In this document: one piece after another, positions 58,346-64,000 of the stretch
How the letters are laid out: each line of letters opens with the position of its first letter
Position numbering within the stretch: position 1 is the first letter of the stretch
DNA from: a virus
Reading direction: 5' to 3' (one strand)
IMG/VR virus record: IMGVR_UViG_3300045988_115849
DNA length: 64,000 bases
Position numbers and translations under genes: made by a program
The notes under the pieces: generated by a model
What the model saw: the letters and a program-made list of their open reading frames with translations, nothing else
What the model was told of the DNA's origin: nothing
Database searches by the model: none

Positions 58346-59008
58346 ATGCCAATGGATTGGCTTGGCTCTGTTGGAAAGACAGTAAATGGATACAGAATAT
58401 TGGAAGCATATAAAAAGAACGGAAAAACTATGATTAAAGCTGAATGTCCTAAATGTGGAAGACAGTACAATGTTGGATATGATGCTATGAGTAGGAAGAA
58501 ACCTTGCATTTGCTGTAACAAAAACAGGATGAAAGATATTACCGGTCAGCGATTCGGAAGGCTTATTGCTTTAGAACCTGTCGGAAGGTCAAACAATGGC
58601 GGAGCCGTAATATGGCTTTGCCAATGTGATTGCGGTAACACGACAAAAGTTGAACAAGGTAAATTAGCAATAGGAGCTGTCAAAAGTTGTGGGTGCTTAA
58701 AGAATGAAGCAGAGAAAAAGCAAGGTGATAGGCTTATTCAGGAAACCATGAAAACGTGTGTTGACGGGACCAATATTAAGAATTTATCATCGAAAGTAGG
58801 CAAATCAAATACATCTGGAATACGTGGAGTCAGTTGGAACAAAAGACGTAAGAAATGGCAAGCATATATAATGTTTAAAAAGAAGATGTATCATCTTGGA
58901 ATGTATGATAAAAAAGAGGATGCTGCAAAAGCAAGAAAAGAAGCAGAAGATAAGTATTTTAACGCATTTCTTGATGAATATAACAAAAATATGAATAACA
59001 TTGACTAA
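58346..59008 (+). CDS. AP2-domain DNA-binding protein with zinc-repeat modules (paralogue of 57104..57889)
   Basis: ..AECPKCGRQYNV..PCICC, WLCQCDCGNTTKV..SCGC. C-terminal ..SGIRGVSWNKRRKKWQAYIMFKKKMYHLGMYDKKEDAAKARKEAE. Confidence 0.75.
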   Translation: MPMDWLGSVGKTVNGYRILEAYKKNGKTMIKAECPKCGRQYNVGYDAMSRKKPCICCNKNRMKDITGQRFGRLIALEPVGRSNNGGAVIWLCQCDCGNTTKVEQGKLAIGAVKSCGCLKNEAEKKQGDRLIQETMKTCVDGTNIKNLSSKVGKSNTSGIRGVSWNKRRKKWQAYIMFKKKMYHLGMYDKKEDAAKARKEAEDKYFNAFLDEYNKNMNNID

Positions 59009-59071
59009 ATTAAGAAAACATAGTAATATAATAGTACAAACAACCACAATATATATTCCAAGGACGTAAAA

Positions 59072-59101
59072 GGATCAGAGATTTTTTCTCTGGTCCTTTT
59101 T
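59072..59101 (+). terminator. Intrinsic terminator
   Basis: Stem GGATCAGAG (59072-59080) / CTCTGGTCC (59088-59096) with one wobble, then TTTTT. Confidence 0.65.
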
Positions 59102-59154
59102 CCTGTAAATAAAATTATCTTTTTGCTACCATAAAAATAAGGAGGGCAGAAAGA

Positions 59155-59808
59155 ATGATACATACAGCATTTGATGTAATGAAAGAATATATGATCACAG
59201 GTGCGAAACTGGACGGTAAATATCAGTTTCCAGTTATACCGGCTGCATTTTATGAACCGTTTGATACGATAGATTTTGCAGACAGCTTTAAGCGGTCAAT
59301 CAAAAATTATCGAGAATTGAACGTTAATTTTTATATACATGATAATGCGTTTGAAAGAGTGTATGCTAATCCTGATAGATACTTAGATCACTTAAGATGC
59401 TTTCACAGCGTGTGTGGATTAGACTACAGCATAGCTTCTGGCGAACAAGGAATGCCATTTGCAATGCAAATCTGGAATAAGTATAGAAATCATGCACTAA
59501 CATATTATCTTGGCTTAAATGGAGTAAAAATGATTCCAAATATCAGTATACTATCAGAGGATTGTTGGGACTGGTGTTTTGATGGATATACCATAGGCAG
59601 CAATGTTGCGTGCAGCACAAACGGTAGAATGAAATCTAAGGCATCAAGGATTGATTTTTGTAACGGGTTCTATGAGATGTGCCGAAGATTACAGCCTAAC
59701 AAGGTTATTATCGTTGGAAGACTGCCAAAAGAACTAAAGTCAGAAGTTCCGATCATAAATTTAAAAAGTAGAAATCAGTTAATGGAAGAAAGATTGGGTA
59801 GAAAATAA
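59155..59808 (+). CDS. DUF4417-like protein
   Basis: 217 aa, SD AAGGAGGG. ..NFYIHDNAFERVYANPDRY..GLDYSI..PFAMQIWNKYRNHALTYYLGLNGVKMIPN.. resembles DUF4417 as I recall the family. Unverified. Confidence 0.55.
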   Translation: MIHTAFDVMKEYMITGAKLDGKYQFPVIPAAFYEPFDTIDFADSFKRSIKNYRELNVNFYIHDNAFERVYANPDRYLDHLRCFHSVCGLDYSIASGEQGMPFAMQIWNKYRNHALTYYLGLNGVKMIPNISILSEDCWDWCFDGYTIGSNVACSTNGRMKSKASRIDFCNGFYEMCRRLQPNKVIIVGRLPKELKSEVPIINLKSRNQLMEERLGRK

Positions 59809-59954
59809 TGGGAACATCAACACAATATACGAGTGTCAGGAAGAAAAACGAACGCAGTAAGCAGAAGCAGAGAAGACAGCGGTTGAATGGATTGGTTCAG
59901 AACAGGAACCAAAGAAAGCAAAAAAATAAAGACGATTCATTAAATGTTTTGTGA
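59808..59954 (+). CDS. Possible 48-aa highly basic peptide (below the ORF-track cutoff)
   Basis: ATG at 59808 overlaps the TAA of the upstream gene by 1 nt. MGTSTQYTSVRKKNERSKQKQRRQRLNGLVQNRNQRKQKNKDDSLNVL. Confidence 0.35.
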   Translation: MGTSTQYTSVRKKNERSKQKQRRQRLNGLVQNRNQRKQKNKDDSLNVL

Positions 59955-60328
59955 TTAGCAAAATAGCTAACACCGATTTTAACGGCGTAGAATATTTTGT
60001 GCAAATTTCACAAACAAAAATTTTCGTCTCATGAGCAACTTTTCCCACCCGCTTTTCGGTCCAGATTTTGGGTGGATTTTTCCAGTTGGAAATATTTAGA
60101 ATCCAAAAATTTTGAGATTTTTTTGGAATTTTTTTCAATTTTAAATGCAAGTAAAAATTTGGAAACTGCTCTTGAATGGGCAGAAAACCAGAATTTTTTT
60201 GTATACTTCCAATTTTTTACTATTGGACATGTTGCACAAAATCAAACTAGATCCGGCAACGTTTAAAAAATTGTATAATAAACGCAAGTATACGATTATA
60301 TATTACCACGAATTTTGCAATAGCACAA

Positions 60329-60358
60329 TAAAAAAAGACGGTTCGCACCGTCTTTTTT
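60329..60358. terminator. Bidirectional intrinsic terminator
   Basis: A-run, stem GACGGT (60337-60342) / ACCGTC (60347-60352), T-run. Confidence 0.7.
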
Positions 60359-60369
60359 AGTTTCTTCTA

Positions 60370-60576
60370 TTATATGCTGTTTTTTCGTTCGCTTTTTTCT
60401 TTGATCGCTTCTATTATATACGCCGATAACGACATACCGCAAGCATCCGCGTATTTTTTTACTTCTTCTTTATAGCCTTTTGGCGCTAGTATGTTGATTC
60501 TATCATAATTTTTTTTCTGGTACTTATTACTTGCAACAGTTCTTGCATTTTTTCCGTCTTCTCTTTTTCTTGGCAT
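60370..60576 (-). CDS. Ribbon-helix-helix (Arc/CopG-like) DNA-binding protein
   Basis: 68 aa. ..KYQKKNYDRINILAPKGYKEEVKKYADACGMSLSAYIIEAIKEK.. fits the RHH beta-strand plus two-helix pattern. Confidence 0.7.
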   Translation of the reverse strand: MPRKREDGKNARTVASNKYQKKNYDRINILAPKGYKEEVKKYADACGMSLSAYIIEAIKEKSERKNSI

Positions 60577-60604
60577 TTGTGCACCTCCTTAAATAGTATA
60601 CATT

Positions 60605-60633
60605 ATTATATCATTTTTGTTATACGTGTGCAA
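60605..60633 (-). promoter_or_regulatory. SigmaA-type promoter of the RHH gene
   Basis: On the minus strand: TTGCAC (plus-strand coordinates 60628-60633), 17 nt, TATAAT (60605-60610). Confidence 0.6.
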
Positions 60634-60657
60634 CTATACAAAATGTACAATAAAATC

Positions 60658-60723
60658 TTATAAGTGTACACTTATATTTGTATAATATTACATATTGTTA
60701 TTGTACGTGTACACTGATATAAT
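60658..60723 (+). promoter_or_regulatory. Two tandem rightward promoters, each with a GTGTACAC palindrome in the spacer
   Basis: TTATAA (60658-60663), 17 nt, TATAAT (60681-60686), with GTGTACAC at 60664-60671. TTGTTA (60695-60700), 17 nt, TATAAT (60718-60723), with GTGTACAC at 60707-60714. Confidence 0.6.
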
Positions 60724-60769
60724 AATATCAAGTTAAGAGATCAGATCACAAATGAGGAGGTACAACGAT

Positions 60770-61243
60770 ATGAAATATTTTACAGCAAAAAATCTTGAGG
60801 AATTAAGAAAAGAATATAAGAAGCTGATGATAAAAAATCATCCTGACAATGGCGGAGACGTTGCAGCATGTCAGGAGATCACAGCAGAATACAAGAAACT
60901 ATTTGACATGTTCAAAGCAGGGCAGACACCAGACGAAGAGCAGAAAAATAAATACGACTACAAAACAGACGAAGCACTAAGAAACGTTATTAATAATATA
61001 GTTTCTTTCGATGGTGTCAACATTGAGGTTGTAGGCTCTTGGATTTGGGTAGATGGTAACACATTTACATATAAAGAAGAGTTGAAAAAACTCGGCTTTA
61101 AATGGTCCAAGAATCGTAAAAAGTGGCATTTTAGCACGGAACCATCCGGAAAGTGGCATAAAAAGAAAATGTCTTTCGAAGACATTCAGAAAAAATATGG
61201 AAGTGAAAAAGTTAAAACTTGCGCATCTGCAAGAATCGCATAA
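60770..61243 (+). CDS. J-domain protein with an unknown C-terminal domain
   Basis: ATG at 60770 after SD GAGGAGG. ..LRKEYKKLMIKNHPDNGGD.. (HPD motif). C-terminal ..VVGSWIWVDGNTFTYKEELKKLGFKWSKNRKKWHF. Confidence 0.8.
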   Translation: MKYFTAKNLEELRKEYKKLMIKNHPDNGGDVAACQEITAEYKKLFDMFKAGQTPDEEQKNKYDYKTDEALRNVINNIVSFDGVNIEVVGSWIWVDGNTFTYKEELKKLGFKWSKNRKKWHFSTEPSGKWHKKKMSFEDIQKKYGSEKVKTCASARIA

Positions 61244-61262
61244 ATAGAAAGAAGGTATAAAA

Positions 61263-61646
61263 ATGAATAATAAATCATTAAGAAAATTAGAAAATGACTT
61301 AGGGGTAGCAGTAGAAACAAAAAAATACACGTATGGTGGAAATGTGTATTTTATAGGATTTGATAATTCTGAAGAATATTACAAAAATCATAAATACGTT
61401 TATGATTTTGCAAAACGTCACAAAATGCACTTAGAAAGAAACTGTTACGCGTGGAGTTTTTCGCTAGAGAATAAAAAGAGTAGAGAAATAAGACTAAAAA
61501 AATGTGAAAAAATTAATTTTTTAAATCATATTTTCGAAAAAGTATATCACGAAACAAAAAACGGAGACAAAGCAAAACAGGCACAGATAAATTTTGTAAA
61601 CGATCATGAAGAGTACAAAGAAGCATTCGAAGCTTTTTATTCATAA
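61263..61646 (+). CDS. Hypothetical protein
   Basis: 127 aa, SD AGAAGG. Confidence 0.5.
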   Translation: MNNKSLRKLENDLGVAVETKKYTYGGNVYFIGFDNSEEYYKNHKYVYDFAKRHKMHLERNCYAWSFSLENKKSREIRLKKCEKINFLNHIFEKVYHETKNGDKAKQAQINFVNDHEEYKEAFEAFYS

Positions 61647-61661
61647 TAGGGAGGGGACAAA

Positions 61662-62156
61662 ATGAAAAATTATAAACTAGAGAAGATAAAAGAAGAACTT
61701 GCAAGAAGCCTTGCAAGAGATCAAGAACTTTTACGACTTTGGGAAGCTGTCGAGTATAAGACAAAAAAGGACGGGCAGCCGTTCAAACTAGTTTCAAAAA
61801 GCTTCGAAAATACAACATACAGGAAAGCGAGCTATGGAAACTATTATATATTAGAAGTTTCTTCCCTCAGTAGCGATCTTGGATATATTAACGACTGGGT
61901 ACGATTAGAAGAGTACAGAACGAAGGAAAAAATAACAGACGTAGAAAAAATCAAAGAAATGATTGAAAAGAAAAAGCGGTATTTTAGAAACGAGATAATG
62001 AAAGAAAAAAGCCGTTTGAATAAATTAGATCATGCGTTTGTAGAGTTTGAAATGGCATACACTAAAGCGCTCGGACAACTGGCGTATGATCTCGGTTGTA
62101 CAAAAAAATTCGATAGTTTGTTTTATCGAATTACAAAAATTGTAACTGATAATTAA
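61662..62156 (+). CDS. Hypothetical protein
   Basis: 164 aa, SD GGGAGGGG. Confidence 0.5.
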   Translation: MKNYKLEKIKEELARSLARDQELLRLWEAVEYKTKKDGQPFKLVSKSFENTTYRKASYGNYYILEVSSLSSDLGYINDWVRLEEYRTKEKITDVEKIKEMIEKKKRYFRNEIMKEKSRLNKLDHAFVEFEMAYTKALGQLAYDLGCTKKFDSLFYRITKIVTDN

Positions 62157-62199
62157 AAAAAGATCTGGGATAACTTACACGTTCCCAGATCTTTTTTTT
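62155..62199. terminator. Bidirectional intrinsic terminator
   Basis: A-run, stem AGATCTGGGA (62161-62170) / TCCCAGATCT (62183-62192), T-run. Overlaps the 3' end of the minus-strand gene. Confidence 0.7.
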
Positions 62200-62420
62200 A
62201 TTGTTATCTCGTAATCATATCCCATGATAGACAAAAATTTTTTTAGATCACTTAAAGAAATTTTTTTATTATTAAATTTATTATTCAGTTGCTGCGGCGT
62301 GGAAAGTCCTAGAAGTTTAGAAGCTTCTAACATTGTAAGTCCGTTCTTTTTTAGCAATTCTTTATATATTTCTTTTAGCTGTTTGTTATCTTCATAAGAA
62401 AAATTTATACCATAGTCCAT
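62175..62420 (-). CDS. Small HTH DNA-binding protein
   Basis: 81 aa. ..LKKNGLTMLEASKLLGLSTPQQLNNKFNNKK.. HTH-like. Confidence 0.6.
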   Translation of the reverse strand: MDYGINFSYEDNKQLKEIYKELLKKNGLTMLEASKLLGLSTPQQLNNKFNNKKISLSDLKKFLSIMGYDYEITIKKRSGNV

Positions 62421-62452
62421 TTTTTACACCTCGATTCTATTTAGTTTAAACT

Positions 62453-62532
62453 ATTATAATTTAAAAATGATAGAAAGTCAAACGAAAAAAGTTTATTTTA
62501 ATATTGACATATAAACAAAAATCATTTATAAT
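62453..62532. promoter_or_regulatory. Divergent near-consensus promoters with AAACGAAAAA direct repeats
   Basis: Minus strand: TTGACT (62476-62481), 17 nt, TATAAT (62453-62458). Plus strand: TTGACA (62504-62509), 17 nt, TATAAT (62527-62532). AAACGAAAAA at 62480-62489 and 62545-62554. Confidence 0.7.
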
Positions 62533-62577
62533 TCAAGTAAAGATAAACGAAAAACATTTATAAAAAGGAGTGCTATT

Positions 62578-63654
62578 ATGAAATATTTTAAAAACTGCAA
62601 AACATTAAAAGAACTGAAAGACACATATAAAAAATTACTGAAAGAGAACCACCCAGACAACGGCGGCGATCTGGAAGTTATGAAAGAAATCAACGTTCAA
62701 TTCGATTCTGCTTTTCCGATTTTTAGAGATCAGGCAGCAAAAGAAGCAGCGGAGCCGGAAGAAGTAAAAAAAGAAACTGCGGAAAATGTAAGGCGACATT
62801 TTTACACGGCTTTCGGTTGGGAAGGCTCTAGATATGATTCTAGTTTGACTCTTAAAGAGATAGCGAAAATTGTACGCGGATACGTGAAAAAGAAATATCC
62901 AACTTGTAAATTTAGCGTTAGAACGTCATATGGCAGCATGTGTCAATCTTTAATTGTTAAATTATTAGAGTTTCCGCAACAAATGTTCATGACAGCCGAA
63001 GAACTAAAAGAAATCTGGTATACACCGTTTTCATATGTGGATAGCGAAGGAAAGACGGTAACAACTACTGCTATCAGTGACACAATACAAGAATTATTTA
63101 ATAAAATGCAAAGAAATTACGTTTTAAAAAATGAAGATTTTACACAGGAAGAATTTTTGAATTGTTACACGGAAACAGTATTTGAAAAAGGACAATTCTT
63201 TTACGGTGTTCCAACAGAATATTTCAAAAGCGTAGTTGATGATGTAAACGCCTTTATTGCTTCATACAACTATGACGACTCCGACGGCATGATTGATTAT
63301 TTTAGTTGTAATTTTTACGACGGTAAAGTAAGTTACAATGATTGTAAATTTGTTCCAAAAACTGCGAGAATTAAAAACAAAAATGCGACACCGGCAGCAA
63401 AGACAAAGAAAAAACAGGATAAAAAAGAACAGGGAGCAAAACAGATTGAAAAAGTAACGGAAGTTACTTATAAGATCACAAAAGGCGAAGACACGCGCGA
63501 TATGTCCGAGTTGTGGGTGGTAAGAATCAATGAAAATCTAAATAAACAAGATTACATTGAACAGAATAAAAAAATGCGTGATCTTGGCGGCTATTATAGT
63601 AAATTTAAGCATGGATTTATATTTAGATATGATCCAAGCGAAAAATTAGCATAG
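62578..63654 (+). CDS. J-domain protein fused to a large unknown domain (polyvalent-protein-like)
   Basis: ..LKDTYKKLLKENHPDNGGD.. (HPD motif), then ..HFYTAFGWEGSRYDSSLTLKEIAKIVRGYVKKKYPTCKFSVRTSYGSMCQSLIVKL.. The C-terminal ..WVVRINENL..GGYYSKFKHGFIFRYDP echoes the C-terminus of 60770..61243. Confidence 0.75.
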   Translation: MKYFKNCKTLKELKDTYKKLLKENHPDNGGDLEVMKEINVQFDSAFPIFRDQAAKEAAEPEEVKKETAENVRRHFYTAFGWEGSRYDSSLTLKEIAKIVRGYVKKKYPTCKFSVRTSYGSMCQSLIVKLLEFPQQMFMTAEELKEIWYTPFSYVDSEGKTVTTTAISDTIQELFNKMQRNYVLKNEDFTQEEFLNCYTETVFEKGQFFYGVPTEYFKSVVDDVNAFIASYNYDDSDGMIDYFSCNFYDGKVSYNDCKFVPKTARIKNKNATPAAKTKKKQDKKEQGAKQIEKVTEVTYKITKGEDTRDMSELWVVRINENLNKQDYIEQNKKMRDLGGYYSKFKHGFIFRYDPSEKLA

Positions 63655-63867
63655 GAGGACGGAAAAAAATTCCAATCCAAAATCGCAAACAATACTTGCA
63701 GTGATTACTGCCGGCACAAACAAGCGCAGATCAGAAACGCAAGGGCACGGATTAACCGGGGCGAGAAAACAAATCTTGATAGATTGTTAAAAGAAAGAGA
63801 CGAGTATAGAAACAAAGTAAATGATAATAAAGGAGGGGACACATTGGGACCGGATCAGGAAAAATAA
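63655..63867 (+). pseudogene. Start-less 70-codon ORF in frame with the preceding gene after its TAG (remnant of a zinc-ribbon gene, or a readthrough extension)
   Basis: The frame opens at TAG 63652-63654 and runs to TAA 63865-63867 (EDGKKFQSKIANNTCSDYCRHKQAQIRNARAR..). No ATG/GTG/TTG near its 5' end. It resembles the second half of the CxxCGxxF..YCSxxC motif seen at the N-terminus of 57104..57889. Confidence 0.4.
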
Positions 63868-63880
63868 GAATAAAATCTTA

Positions 63881-63910
63881 AAGAAGTTCTTTATTGAGCT
63901 TCTTTTTTTT
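63881..63910 (+). terminator. Intrinsic terminator
   Basis: Stem AAGAAGTTC (63881-63889) / GAGCTTCTT (63896-63904) with one wobble, then a T-run. Confidence 0.65.
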
Positions 63911-64000
63911 GTGCGACTTTTTAAACGTCACGACGTTTTTTTAGTCGTAAAATTATAAAGATTTTATAAATTTTTATTGACGATCTAAAGCCGAAACATA

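Larger units (their letters stand above)
1..64000. mobile_element. Temperate siphovirus-type phage genome segment in attP (non-integrated or circularly permuted) gene order
   Basis: Complete head-tail-lysis module followed directly by attP/integrase/immunity and then early genes. No sheath gene. No host-like housekeeping genes at either edge. Whether 57-64 kb belongs to the same element is inferred from continuity only. Confidence 0.85.

Noticed and set aside
60272-60358. Second candidate sRNA (TGTATAAT element to the bidirectional terminator)
   Set aside because: No acceptable -35 element lies at 16-18 nt, and the TG is not at the extended -10 spacing. The evidence is weaker than for the 28520-28592 candidate. 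It is mentioned only within the finding on 59155-60360.
59836-60360. Tracked ORFs 59836-60150 (minus), 59997-60266 (plus) and 60145-60360 (plus) in the T-rich gap
   Set aside because: The translations are low-complexity (Phe/Lys/Asn/Ile-rich) and lack an SD. The ORFs mutually overlap in a region dominated by A/T tracts and palindromes. The region is treated as non-coding.
1-64000. Alternative genetic code or stop-codon reassignment, as in some gut phages
   Set aside because: Long essential genes (capsid, tape measure, fibre, integrase) are uninterrupted in the standard code. TAG and TAA terminate well-defined genes, for example TAG at 744-746 and 3045-3047. The two in-frame-stop junctions are local oddities.

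Overview
The window is AT-rich and densely coding, almost all on the + strand. It reads as the genome of a temperate siphovirus-type phage of a low-GC Gram-positive (Clostridia/Bacillota-like) host. The gene order is the non-integrated attP form. The order is: end of a probable portal gene, head morphogenesis, scaffold, lambda D/E-like decoration and capsid genes, connectors, major tail, tail chaperones with a -1 frameshift, and a 1537-aa tape measure (1-11887). Next comes an inserted 3-kb accessory island (wHTH protein, LemA, two membrane proteins; 11888-14865). Then follow the distal tail, tip and a 2074-aa fibre (14866-25181), holin and CHAP endolysin (25829-26852), and attP carrying a tRNA-Lys 3' fragment with GTTCCA arm repeats (26853-27270). 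On the minus strand sit the integrase, a secreted Big_2 protein, and ImmA/XRE immunity genes (27204-30147). A long rightward early operon runs 30378-56970. It encodes Cro-like, Rha/ANT and BRO proteins, a Spo0A_C-like protein, an SMC/Rad50-like ATPase, RecT, an IbrA-like PAPS reductase, a tandem DUF2829/Tad2-like protein, an MBL nuclease, a replisome organizer with a DnaC-like loader, MazG, a Panacea-domain protein and about 40 small ORFs. The right arm (57104-64000) carries two AP2/zinc-repeat paralogues, DUF4417, an RHH repressor and two J-domain proteins. No CRISPR array, rRNA gene, complete tRNA gene or transposase was seen. Six signals seem most worth follow-up: (1) a four-copy two-hairpin leader with compensatory stem changes in front of the capsid, tail-tube, tape-measure and distal-tail genes; (2) the LemA-containing island inside the tail module, with an attenuator-like leader; (3) two paralogous C-poor, GA-rich, ORF-free regions loaded with GAATAG repeats that bracket the recombination module; (4) candidate counter-defence genes (tandem Tad2-like; MazG-Panacea-membrane/zinc-ribbon trio); (5) long hairpins whose only imperfections are wobbles on the + strand; (6) two cases of ORFs split by a single in-frame stop. 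All functional calls come from reading motifs by eye. No database search was possible.
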